From Octopus vulgaris (Eukaryota), in contig OX597821.1 in NCBI GenBank assembly GCA_951406725.2, positions 59,086,001 through 59,150,000 on the forward strand: a stretch of DNA of 64,000 nt, written 5' to 3'. Below the pieces are notes generated by a model, which saw only the letters and a program-made list of their open reading frames with translations, had not been told where the DNA came from and did no database searches. Of the stretch, positions 12,933-25,688 are shown piece after piece (the first letter of the stretch is position 1; each line of letters opens with the position of its first letter). A program made the translations under genes and the position numbers.

Positions 12933-13104
12933 CTGCAAAAAATAACCAGTGTTAAGCACAGTTAGCAAATCCATATAACTACTTTTAAAAATAAAATTGC
13001 TTCTAGAGTAAATATTCAAAGCAACATGCCACTACTACTACTACTACAGGATAAATCAAAACCTTTTGTTTAAACTAGAGAGGAAAAACAAGACAAAAAC
13101 TTAC

Positions 13105-13233
13105 CTGGGTTTCCCATTATTGTTTGGGCAACCTGGGGAACTCGTTTGTTTTGATGAGTCTTCAAATGTTTGCTTAAATGATCGCTTCGCATGAAGCGTT
13201 TGTTACATTCTTGACAGACAAAACGTTTTTCTC
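13105..13233 (-). CDS. Sp1-4: Sp1-4, exon 6 (zinc finger 3)
   Basis: tttag|GA...CCAG|gtaagt. Reads [43 protein letters not shown]. Confidence 0.95.
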
Positions 13234-13329
13234 CTAAACAGAGATGGAAAAAAAATTTGTTGAAAACTTGAAAAAAAACAAAACTTGAATTTTGTCAGTT
13301 CAGTTAAACTGTTAGTCTAATAATTTGAT

Positions 13330-14010
13330 TTCAAATTTTGGCACAAAGCCAGCAATTTCGGTGAAGTGGAGAAGTCGATTACATCAACCCCAATACTAAA
13401 CCGGTACTTATTTTATCAACCCCCAAAGAAATGAAAGGTAAAGTCAACCATAGCAGGATTTGAACTCAGAACATAGAGAGATACAAAGTGTTATTAAGCA
13501 TTTTGTGCAGCATGTTAACAGTCCTATTAGTTCACTATTAGTTGAATTATTTAAGAATAAAAATAATTTTGCTGTAAACCTAAAATAATTGTTTCTAGTT
13601 TTAGGCACAATGCCAGCAATAAGTGGGCAGGAGAAGTTCATCGATCCTCCAGGACTTGACATATCAACCCTGGAGGGATGAAAGGTAAAGCTGACCTTCA
13701 CAGCATTGGAACTCAATGTTCTGAGCCAAAAGAAATACCACAAGGCATTTTGTCTGTCTCCTCAACGAATCTGCCAATCCACCAAGCAAACTGTTCCATT
13801 TATGGTAATATAAAAGACATAAGCTGGCAAAATCACTAGCATGCTGGACAAAATGCTTAGTGGTACTTTGCCTATTGCAACGTTCTGAGTTCAAATTCCA
13901 CTGAGGTTGACTTTACCTTTCATCCTTTCGGGGTCGATTAAATAAGTACCATTTATGCACTTAATGATTTCCCCAAAATTTGTGGCCTTGTGCTTTCAGC
14001 AGAAAGGATT
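13330..14010. mobile_element. Cluster of three family-B SINEs (about 13330-13520 minus, 13595-13780 minus, 13820-14010 plus)
   Basis: Each matches gctggcagaa...aaatgcttag...gttctgagttcaaattcc...catcctttcggggtcgat or its reverse complement. Confidence 0.7.
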
Positions 14011-14029
14011 ATTATAAAAGACATAGTGA

Positions 14030-14315
14030 AGACGTGTGGCCTAGAGTCACAATGTTGCATTTACAATCATAAGATTGTAGTTTCGATTCTTAGAAGTATT
14101 GTATTGTGTCCTTGAGTAGAACATTTTATTTCATGTTGCTCTGCGATCACTGACATGTAGCACACTGTACACCTGTACAAACAATGTTGATTTGATGGAA
14201 GGAGTGAGCTAATGAATGGCAAAAACATTTTGATCACTATAAATGAATAATCTGTGCAGGTTGTTGAGGAAACATTTGTGGAAGCCTCGTCTGTGATTTA
14301 TGACAGGAGAATCCA
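14030..14315 (+). mobile_element. tRNA-derived SINE family C, degenerate
   Basis: gtgtggcctag...gtagtttcgattc (A/B-box-like)...gtgtccttgagtagaaca. Related minus-strand copies at about 30370-30650 and 51920-52190. Confidence 0.5.
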
Positions 14316-14796
14316 CAATTATAAAAGACAAGAGCCTTGATATATTCAGTTATGTTATGAGTTCAAGTCTTGGCAGAAATAATCTTACCTTTTGTCTATC
14401 TAAGACTGATAAAATAAAGTTCAATGGGTCATTTTGACTGACCATACACTCCACCAAAATTTGTGGACTTGCACCAATGTTTCCACAACAGCACAAGTCC
14501 ACAATATATTGTTTTGGTTAAGCTAAAATTCAATGACCAATGCATGTTTACAATCAAAAGTGAAATATACATACATTAAAAGGTATATATAAAGAAATTA
14601 CAAATGCTTCTCCTATCTTAATTCTCTTCCTCATGTACTCTATACATACGTTCTCATCATGTACTCTTTATATCTCTCTGTTATACTTTGCAAACAAAAA
14701 TCTAAGCACGATTTTAAGATAACATCATGTACTTTAAAAACATTTGGTAATATTTTAAACAGAAGCAGTAACCTTATGTAGTTAGGGTTTAATTAC

Positions 14797-14897
14797 CTGT
14801 GTGAGTTCTGCGATGCCTCTGTAATTCATCAGAGCGTGTGAAGCGTTTGCCACAAAACAGCCAGTTACATATGAAAGGCCTCTCTCCAGTATGCCAT
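14797..14897 (-). CDS. Sp1-4: Sp1-4, exon 5 (zinc finger 2)
   Basis: ttcttag|A...CAG|gtaatt. Reads [34 protein letters not shown]. Confidence 0.96.
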
Positions 14898-16309
14898 CTA
14901 AGAAAGCAAAAGAATATGACAGGATCAAAATGAGCGGACAATTTTTGAAGAAAAAAAATATCCTCATTAACTGAAATCCAATAAAAAGAAAAAAACATTG
15001 GAATTATGCATTTCAATAAATTGATATGAGGTCCCAACCCACTGCCACAAGTACATTCACTGTTCACATCCTGTGCATTATTCTATGTGCTATTCATGCC
15101 CTTTTGGCTACTTTTTCTGATGAGTTGAAGTGCATCTGAGCACTGTATACAGTGCTCATCATCATCATTATTATTTAGATATGTTCTACAAGCTAAGTTT
15201 TAGGTGAAGATACTGGACAATATAATTTCAGTGTTAATAGTACAGCCATTGTGCTGTATTCCTGAGAAAAGCAGACAGGTGGTCAGCTGCCCTAGTTTGC
15301 ATAATTAATAGAAAAAAGTCATATGCACGCTCTTTACTAAAAGCAAAAAATTGCTTCCAGCTATAGAAACAACTGCTAAACGTCCCCACTCCAATATTAA
15401 AGAAGCCAAGTGTCAACCACTTAACTGAAGAGTTATGATTTCAAATTGAACCAGTGACAAAGTGTTGTGTCCTGGATAAAGCAGAAAATACTCTGAAACC
15501 AATGTATCCAAGCATAGATCAGCCACAGTAAGATGTAGGAAATAAAGTCTTAAAGTGCAAAACTAGCTGGAAAGGAACAAAATGGTTTCTTTACATTTCC
15601 ATACTTACAGCAGTTCTGTGATATAATAGTTGCAACATACCAGAATTCCTGCTTCTTTATCAAGCAACAAAAGTTTATTAAATTAAGCCTTAATACTTAC
15701 CACTGCCTTCTAAAACACAATTTCCTGTTTCATGAGAAAAATTCAGCAAATTCATTTAATTCCATAATAAAACCAAATCACCAGACTCTTCACTGCACAT
15801 CGTTTAAACTCAACTTACAATAAGCTATTAACGGTATCTTTAAAGTGTATATTTACAATATTTTCATCTACACTATGTTTCAAACAATTTGATCTCTGAG
15901 AATCATTTAGGTGTCTTGATTTTGGATATCAATCGGGTCTTGAGACTACATTGAACCACAGGACAATTAATTTCAACATTAAGGGAAGTAATGCTACTAC
16001 ACAATGAAGAACATTTATGACAAATAGATCTAGAGAGAGAGATCAAGCTAATCTAACTGTAGAGTAATTATAATGTAAATATTGTAAAATATACCCTGTA
16101 AAGTTATGGTTAATAGTTCAGGTGAATTATAATATTTATCAATTCATCCCATAATGAACAACTGTTGAAATGATATACACTGTCAATACACTTCTTACAG
16201 ATTGATCCAACTCTAAGAAACACTCAAACTACTAATAGCTATCACTAGACATCACACAACAATTATTAAATCAATCCTGTTTAATGCATATAATACTATT
16301 GTGACTTAC

Positions 16310-16399
16310 CTTAGATGTGCTCTTAAATGTGAAGTTTTACCATAGACTTTATTACATCCAGGGATGTGACATGTATGTTGCTTCTTTTTCTCACTATTT
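16310..16399 (-). CDS. Sp1-4: Sp1-4, exon 4 (zinc finger 1)
   Basis: atttcag|A...AAG|gtaagt. Reads RNSEKKKQHTCHIPGCNKVYGKTSHLRAHL. Confidence 0.96.
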
Positions 16400-16509
16400 C
16401 TGAAATAATAAAAGGAAAATTCCTTAAAGTTAACTGTTTTCAATAGAAACACAAGTTTTTGTCAATTTATATTTGATCATTGTTGAATTATTAAAGGGGA
16501 TTTATCTTA

Positions 16510-16833
16510 AACAAGAACACTCAGAGAGTGCAAACTTCCGCCAAGGCAACACCAATGTCCTCTCAATGATTAGCTAGAGGTGATTTTTAAAATGAGAATA
16601 TCTGAAATAAACTCGACTGCTCTCACAAACAAGAATACTAAAAATGAACGTAACTGCTCTCAAAAATTAAGTAAAAAAAACACAAAAAATTAATCCAGAA
16701 TCCTTGTCCGGTACCAGATCGATCCTAAAATCTAATCAGTTCATCCATTAGTTCTTGAGATATCTTGTCCACGGACAAACAAACAAACACGACTGAAAAC
16801 ACTACCTCCATCTTCGCTACAGCAGAGGTAATA
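16510..16833. mobile_element. Non-autonomous element with terminal hairpin, Helentron/HINE-like; second copy at about 53020-53345
   Basis: Two similar copies, aagaacactcagagagtgcaaac(c/t)tcc...cttcgcta.gg.ggaggtaat. They carry a subterminal inverted cctccgcc/ggcggagg-like motif and an internal (aaac)n. Family assignment is inferred. Confidence 0.5.
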
Positions 16834-17194
16834 ATTTGTGTTGCTATTGTGATTTGTTTTTTTGTATGATTTATGACACTACAGAAATGTAAAACTGAAA
16901 TTTCAAGAAGGAGCAAGATGAAAGAAACAAATTGAATACTATCAAATCTAAAGTGTATGTGAGATAAGTAAGTAGAAAAGAACCAAAAACATTAGCTACT
17001 AGATTAGAAGAGACAATCACCACCATCATTGTTTTAATATCTACATATCCATGTTTACATGTAGCTAGCCCTCACCTGTTACTCAGGTAAGGTAATATTT
17101 CCCCATGATTGGACCTCTTAACCGCAAAGCCATACCCACACCTGAACTCTTCATTCATAATCAATTATTGAATAAAATCAGAAAACAATAAATG

Positions 17195-17580
17195 TTCTTT
17201 TCTACTCTTGGCACAAGGCCCAAAATTTCGGGGGAGGGGACCAGTTGATTAGATTGAACCCAGTACACAACTGGTACTTAATTTATCGACCTCGAAAAGA
17301 TGAAAGACAAAGTCAACCTCAGCGGAATTTGAACTCAGAACATAAAGACAGTCAAAATACCTATTTCTTTACTACCCACAAGGGGCTAAACAGAGAGGAC
17401 AGACAAACGGATTAAGTCGATTATATCGACCTCAGTACGTAACAGGTACTTATTTAATCGACCCCGAAAGGATGAAAGGCAAAGTCAACCTCGGCAGAAT
17501 TTGAACTCAGAACGTAACAGCAGACAAAATACCGCTAAGCATTTCGCCCGGCGTGCTAACGTTTCTGCCAGCTCGCCACC
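17195..17580 (-). mobile_element. Tandem pair of family-B SINEs
   Basis: Two successive copies of cagtac...tactta...atcgacc.cgaaa.gatgaaa.gcaaagtcaacctc...aatttgaactcagaac. The second retains its full head (gccagctcgccacc). Confidence 0.85.
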
Positions 17581-17686
17581 TTACCTTAATAACAATAATG
17601 ATGAACTGTAATAGTCCATGAAAATGGAATAAAATACAAATGGAAGTAAAAAGCATGGAAAATAAAACTATGCAGCAAAAAAGAGT

Positions 17687-17890
17687 TTAACCCTTTTGAT
17701 AACAACCTGCCTGAAACTGCCTCTAGTTCCCTGATACAAACTCCCTGTTTTAAAAGGATCTGAAAATTTCATACTAATTTATGCTCCAAACACCAGTTTA
17801 ATATTATCTTACTAAATTCTTTGTTATTGCCAAAATTAATTGAAACAAAGACAGTATAGTTGAGCAGGAATAAAGTAACAAAAGCGTTGA
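17687..17890. mobile_element. TTAA-flanked (piggyBac-like) MITE
   Basis: ttaacccttttgataac ... gtaacaaaagcgttga. Homologous to 31056-31285. Confidence 0.6.
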
Positions 17891-17961
17891 GAGAAAAATG
17901 AATGACTGAAGCATTTAGAAACAGTGAAGTGCGACAGCAGTGAGTTGTTTGGTAAACCTAC

Positions 17962-18172
17962 CTCCCTTCGGAATCTCGGCAGTTGGGACAAGTGCAAGCA
18001 ACCCTTCGTAGTCTCTTACCAGGTACCACATCTGTGCTTTGTTGCTGCTGCTGTTGCTGTGGACTGTCAGCAGGGCTAAGGGGGCCGATCGGAGTGGGTG
18101 TTTGAGATGTGGTTTGAACCACTTGCCACTTTGAAGGGTCACTAGGGTCCGGCTGCAGATGACCATGAGGTG
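17962..18172 (-). CDS. Sp1-4: Sp1-4, exon 3 (buttonhead box)
   Basis: catttcag|CA...GGGAG|gtaggt. Reads APHGHLQPDPSDPSKWQVV...GKRLRRVACTCPNCRDSEG, including the Btd box CxCPxC. Confidence 0.93.
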
Positions 18173-21100
18173 CTGAAATGATGACAGCAAAATTATTAAA
18201 GCAACATATCACAACAGATATAATAACTACTGCAATATAAATATTATTTTCTCATTAGATAATTTCACATATATTATATTATATATGCATACATACATTT
18301 TGAAACTCAGAAACAAGACTTCATCATAATTGTTCACTCACTGTGATACACTTTCACTCCTCATATAGCTGTAACATTGATGGTGCAATCTTTCGGGAGG
18401 GGGCAAATAGTTGATAAATCTTAATTTGAACAAGATCATTGCCACATATTTTTATGAATGTTGCCTGTCTCTGAGAGAAGTACTAAGCTTGTTGACATAC
18501 ATGTTTAGTGTCAGTTATTATTTCTATATTATATTTTCTGGTTGGTGCCTTGGTGATATGCACTGTAGTTAAATAAATAAAAAAAAAGTTGCTTTCCCTT
18601 CTGTCTACTAAAAATCACCGTGTTTAAACTCCTAGATGCTGGCATAAAACTATGATACAGAAAGTAACCACATGCACTGTACTTTATAGCCGATAAAGAC
18701 TTGAGCCGATTAAACCATAAACAATAAGTATGAGAATAAAACACGCTAAACAGAAGTCCTTTTCTGTATTTAAATTCATGGTGTTGCTACAGGATTGGTC
18801 ACCTTTAAGCCTTAACTATGTAAAATTTTAGACATCTGAGTTTCTGGAAAACCCTAAACTATTGTAGATATGTTTGTTTTGTATTTACAATTACACAAAA
18901 TGTAGACAAGAAATATGTCTAACAAAAGCAGATAAAACTTATATAAAATATAAATAAAAGCCAATACATAGACAAAAATACTGAAAATACTTAATAAGTT
19001 AACAATGTTGTATATTATTAAATCAACAAAGAAAGGAAATAACTACAACCCAAATAAGAATCATGATTAAGATAAAGACAAAACTTGAGTTATCAAAAGC
19101 TTTTCAATGCATTACAATACAAAGCTATTCATACACACAGAAAGGCATCATAAAAACGTGAACAAGGATGGATAACATGGAAATAATAAAAGAAAAAGTG
19201 TAAGATAACAGAGTCATTAGTTTTCTTAAAACAAATTCATAGCAATTAAGTAGACATCATGAACTGGATGCTTTACTGTAATCTATTGTTCACAAAAGAA
19301 GGGAAAACTTATTTTGTATTAAAAATATTAAAAAAAAAAGAAACTTATTCTTTTAACCTGTTAATTGTGGAATGTAATTTTATACATTAGAATGTTGTGT
19401 TTGAAACTATTTTCTGTTGAGAAAGTTTATTGAGATAACATAACCTGCAGAAAATAGCAAGCTTTAATATAGGAATAACCATGATCTTAAATTTCGCAGT
19501 GAAAGGGTTACACACAGGAAACTTAATATGTACAACAAAAGGTCGTAGTTTATGTTCATTTTAAATTCAATCTGGTAAAATATGCCTTTGAATTTACATT
19601 ACAAAATAGAAACCTCCTACTATTTCAGCTGAGTTTGATAATCAAATGAAGATATATAAACATTATGCTATCAGAAACAGTAATAATGGACTAATATAGG
19701 CCGTAAGCCATGTAAGTAGTTACACGGCAATCTCCACTGATGTTCATGTCATGGAAAAAGTATCCAGTACACACTGTAATGTGGTTGGTGTTAGGAAGGG
19801 CATCCAGTCAGGGAACAGAAATTGGAGCTTGGTGCAGTCCTCTGATTTGTCATATCATGCCAAAACCACCCAAACTATGCCAGGATGGAACCTGGACATT
19901 AAATAGTTGTAGTGGCAGCAATTGTTGCTGTTGTCATCATATATTCAGTTGGATGGAGACAATAAAAATCATCATCACAATTTTAACATTCACTATTCCA
20001 TGACTGTATGGTTTGGACAGAGTTTATTGAAGCAGATTTTCTGTGACAGGACACCCTGTTGCCAACCTTTATTCATTTCCAAACAAGGTAAAATTTCTCC
20101 ATGACCAAGCATGTCTTCACAGAATATTTGTAATGAATACCACAGCTGGTATGACAGTGGCACTCAGTTACAACTATGACACAATGTCAAGTCAAGTGCG
20201 CACGCACGCACACGCACACACACAAACACATTGCAAACTGATCTCTTTTGGTTTCAATAAAGAATGTTCCAGTTCTTTAATTAACAGAACAGTTTTCGCT
20301 TTGAATTAGAGTGCAACTGGCTGAGGATTCTACAAACATGTGTACTTCTAACATAATTTACAAGGAAAATAGTAAGACAACTATCTCTGTCCCTCTATCA
20401 TATTCTAACTTCTTACCAGGCACTCAGACATTTCTCTCAATCCAACTCCCTCTCTCACCTAAGGGGCCTTTATCTTGCAAGTTACTTGGCAACCTTATTC
20501 GTACAGGTGCCACATAAAAAGCACCTGTGCCAGTGCCGTGTTAAAAAGTACCTGTGCTGATGCCAGACAACTTGAACTTGGTGCAGTTCTCCAGCTTACC
20601 AGCTCTGGTCAAACTGTCCAACCCATGCCAGTTTGAAAAACAAACATTAAATGATGATGAATCTGTATAATCATGTGTGGTAAGGCTGGTCCTTTGAATT
20701 TCCAGGTAGAGTACACCTGATAGTCTTTGAAAGTTTCCATTTCTCTCCCAAATTACAGTCACAAGCCTTGGGTTTTGACTCAAGTATTTTTATCATTACA
20801 AAACATATTCCTCAACCATTCAACCATGCCTGCATCTACAGGGTTTGCAGTATAACATATCATATTATCACTGCTATCAATCTTATGCTTCCAATCATAA
20901 ACATGGCTGTATGGTTAAGAAGCTCGTTTCAGGTTCAGTCCGACTGCACAGCACCTTGACAAAGTGTCTTTTATTATAACCCAATGCCTTGTGAGTGAAT
21001 GTGTCTTTGTGTTTGTTCCCTTCATTGCTTGATAACTGGTGTTGGTTTATTAATGTCTCCATAACTCAGCAGTTCAGCAAAAGACACCAATAGAATAAGT

Positions 21101-21974
21101 ACCAAACTTAATGGAGACAATTTGTGTGGCTAAACCTTTCAAGGTAGTACCCCAGCATGGCCACAGTCCAATGAGTGAAACAAGTAAAAGATAAAAAAAA
21201 AGGTAATATAAAAGTACCATAAAAGATGGAAATCGTCCATCACCGGCCTATGACTACAACAACAACAATCTTATCTTCCTCCCTTTCCAATGACTCTCTT
21301 TGCCACAAGTACCTCTCCCACCCAGTCTTTGTGCCAAAAGACACTTTGGTACACACCAGCTTCTGCATATATCTCTCTTACACACATCAGATATTCCTTT
21401 CAATATTCATCTACTTAATTAAGTCTCACTTGATCTCTCTCTCATTGAAATTAACTTCCTACAACAAAAAGACCCTACTTGAGTTACTTAAGCCAGCCTC
21501 TGTTGCCTTTCTACGTTCAATCTGCAGTATCTTATATTGCGTCTTTATGCATTATACAGTTTACCTTTTGCATATGCACAGTCAGACTATAGCTCCCTGG
21601 GTTTCTTCCCCACATTTACAATCCATCTGAAAACACTAATAAACTTATCTTAGTAATAGAAACTATCTACTATGTCAAATGAAACCACTGAGCAAATAAG
21701 AGCGTTTAATAAAAATCACTTCTTTTTTTTAATATAAAATGACAAAACCAAGAGTTAAGAAGCTGTCATAAGCATAGCTTGGGACAGTGTGAAGCAGGGA
21801 CAGACTGCTGAGTATTAAGGGCCCTCAAGACATAACTGTTTACCAGGCCCCTTTGAATGTGTGTTTTAGTAGAGTTAACATGTAGAGTGCAGGCCCCTCA
21901 GGCAGTACCTGATTGACCAACAGCTCAGTCCGCCCCTAGTGTGAAGCTATTCAAATAGATTTTTATCTTTTTGT

Positions 21975-22227
21975 CTTTTATTTCAGATATTGGACTGCAG
22001 TCATGCTGTGGTACCACTCTGAAGAGTTTTAGTCAAACAGATCACCCCCAATACTTATGCTTTTCAATCTGGTTCTTATTCTATCAGTCTCTTTTGTGAA
22101 ACCACTAAGTTGCAGGGATGTAAACAAACCAACACTGTTTGTCAAGCAGAGGGGTAGGTGACAAACATGTGAGTGTGTGTGTGTGTGTGTGTATAGATAT
22201 AGATATATTAGTGTGTATGCATGTACG

Positions 22228-22269
<42 letters not shown>

Positions 22270-22430
22270 GCTTCCAGGTAGTTTCTGTCTGCCAGATTCA
22301 CTTACAAGGCATTGGCTGGACTTGGGCTATAGTAGAAGACACCTGCACAAGGTTCTGTACAGAGGGAGGGACTGAACTTGAAGCCACATAGTTGCAAAGT
22401 GATCTTCTTAACCACATAGCCATGCCTGCA
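21975..22430 (-). mobile_element. tRNA-derived SINE family A with internal (TG)/(TA) microsatellite, degenerate
   Basis: Reverse-complement match to 49350-49803. Confidence 0.75.
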
Positions 22431-25400
22431 CTTATATTATATGTGGAATATATAAATAGAAAAATCAAAATAGTGGCAGACATCTGCCTTGATGGTGATC
22501 TATAACAGCTAAGACCAAGACAGGTGAGATAGAGTAATGAAAAATACCTGACAGGATATTTAAAATGGTAAAAGGTAATTTGAGCTATCAATTGCAATTT
22601 CCTCAGATTTAATTTTTGTAGGTTTAGCAGTTGCAGGGAAAATGCATGAGGAAACGATATGGTCCTAGGAACCAAAAGCTTGGCAAAGCTTTTTGTGCTT
22701 GATGTCTGTTTGATGACAAGAGTAGGAAATAAAAAGCAAAGAGAAGGTTTAGGTTTAGCATCTGCAAGAGCACATAACATAGAAGAGACAGAAGGACACT
22801 ACTTGATGGTGAATGATGGTTTACTTAATAAATTATTTTTTCTAAATATGAGTAACAACTTGCATGTGTTATACTGTCTAAAATATATGAACAATCCTGC
22901 AGTGCAGTGCATATTTCTACCTTCAATACAATCAGTATCTGCTCAGAGCTGAAGTGTTTTCTAGCACACAAAAAAAAAGTTCTTTTGTGATGCAATCTTC
23001 ACCATCATCATTTAACATTTGTCTTCCATGCTGGTATGGGTTGGATGGTTTGAAAGGAGCTGGCAAGCTGGAGAGTTGCACCAGGCTCCTATTGTCTGTT
23101 TTGGCATGGTTTACATGGTTGGATGCCCTTCCTAATGCCAGTCACTTTACAGAGTGTACTGGGTGTTTTTTGTGTGGTGCCATACATTAGTATATTCTTA
23201 TGAACCAATCACTTGTGAAACATTAAGGGAAATAACTTAAATGCAGAAAGATGCATAATTAGAGAGAGATTAATAGGGTACGATTTGAGGGAAGTTTAGC
23301 TGTTTCTTGCAGAATGAGCAACTATAAAGTTTTTATGCGGCACACGCACAGGTGAGGTAAGCACTACTCACCTTGCCTGTGCCTGTACCACATAAAAAGC
23401 ACTAAGTCCACTCTGCTGAGTGGTTGGTGTTAGGAAGGGCATCCAGCTGTAAAAATCCTGCCGAAACAGTCACAGAAGTCCAGTGCAGGTTTCGGCCTGG
23501 CCGGCTTTTGTGGTACCGTCCCACCCATGCTAGCATGGAACATGGACGTTAAATGATGTTGATGATAAAGAAGCTGTTTGTTGGTTTGTGAGGCTCTGTT
23601 ACGTTTCTGATCATGGAGAATGTTTATGTTATGACATGAAGTGATGTGTCAATGATGCATCTGGTTGAGATCTGTATGCAGAAGGTATGGCAGTAATGCA
23701 GTGTCCTCTGCATTGGCTGCTTACGTAATAAGTTGTGACAAGCATGTTATTAGTGTAGGAAGGGGAGATTATAAAGGAGGGGAGATAAACAAAGTCTGAC
23801 ATATACAAAAGGTGATAAAAATGAAGGTCACACTACAACCAAACAACCCGACTAGAAGAAGATTTGAATCGAAATGCTTAACTATGAGTTGAGCCAACAA
23901 GTCAGCAGCTTTGTTAGAAAATTATATTCATTGACTGTATTTAAAAGTCAATTCCTTGATCTAACTGCTAATTAAATCAGTGACCTACACAATAACTTAG
24001 TGGTGACAACAAGCCATGGAATATATCAGACAACCCCCATACAGGAGCATAAATAAAGGACAAAAATATATTAAATAGCTGTATATAATTCCAGAAAGCA
24101 ATAAAAATGTTTTCTTTAGAAAATAGTAGATATATAAACACTAATAGCGAAAGAGAACGAACATACCACACCTTGTAAATTAATATCTTAGAGAAGTTTT
24201 ACATATGTCTATGTGACATTAACATACTATGATGTCACTTCAATAACAGTTTTATTAAGGAGCCATTGTTTAGGACTCAAAAATCTATTGTATCCTTTAA
24301 AGAGGATTTCAAAACAAAGTATAAAATGATAGTAAACAGATAATAGAAAACTAAGAGTGTGGAACTAAAATTATGAGAATGTTGACGGGGGGACAATAAT
24401 ATTGTGCTTGAGAGGCTCCTTCATAATATTTAAGTAGCTAAAGCAAATAACTAATATCATCCAAATAGGATTGACCTCCTTGATGAAATGGGGCTCCTCT
24501 AATGGCCCTCTGAAGTAAAGTTACTTGACAGGGTGTGTAGCTTGAAGACCAAGGAGTCTCTCCACATCAAGCTACTACTTCTCTAAATTAAAAAAAAGCA
24601 TACTTTGGTACTTCTGACATGTGATTAGAATGCCACAGGAAAGAATTGCAAAATGGGTTCTTCAAGCTGAGCAGGGGTAGACCAAGTGCAAGATGATTGG
24701 ATAATATCCTAAGTCTTAGTTGGCCATGCTTGGGAATCCAGTAGGAGAGTATAATGACGGCTGCTTCTAATAGGACCCTATGAAGGAAGTGCCAAAGACT
24801 CTACTCCCACAACCCTCCCAGAAATATTGGACAGAGAAGATGGGATGAATACACAGTGCAAAATTCATTAAAAAAAAAAGAAAGAAAGAAATCTGTAGTC
24901 TCATCTTAATGAAGAAATGAATTAATATTGATATATTTCTAACAAACTGTTAGGATATCTCTGAAAATTGCATATTAATAAAGAGAAAGCCAGGCAATAA
25001 AATAGCAATAAATAACTTTCAGAGTAATTAATTAAATATATATTCAAAGTTTCATTTGTTATTCCTGATATTAGAGATGGAACAAACCTTAAAAATAACC
25101 TTTCCACAATTATCCAAACATTCTCCATAATTTCATACAAAAATGGCAGAAATTATAAAGGCCTTGTTGCACAAATCCCCATCATCATTTAACATCTGTT
25201 TTTCATGCTGGCAGGAGTAGGATGGTCAGTCAGGAGCAGGCAAGCCAGACAGCTGCTCCAGGATTCCTTTGTCTGTTTTGGCATGGTTTCTATGGCTGGA
25301 TGCCCTTCCTAACGCCAACCACTTTACAGAGTGTACTGGGTGCTTTTCTAAGTGGAACCGTCACCAGTACTTTACACATCACACCAGCACAGGTGGTTTT

Positions 25401-25688
25401 TAATGTGGCACCAGCATGGATGCTTTATATGTAGCACCAGCACAGCTACTTTTTATGTAGCATCAACCTGGGAGTGTTGTATGTGGTAATTTTTTTGGCA
25501 AGAGAAAAATGAACATGGTACATCTAATTAGACCAGTTACAAAAACAAATCATTCTGTCTCAATATTCAAACAACAAAAAATGCTACTCCACATCATCAA
25601 AAGTAAAATACCCTTCCCCCTGCAGCATACAGATTGCAATTTGTATGCTGCAGGGAGAAGGGTATTTGGATTTTATATACTTATATTA

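Noticed and set aside
24370-24860. GC-richer intronic patch that might be an extra exon (similar patches at about 29440-29870 and 32180-32700)
   Set aside because: There is no sustained open frame with proper splice sites, and exons 2 and 3 already join in phase. These are probably old LINE debris that I cannot classify.
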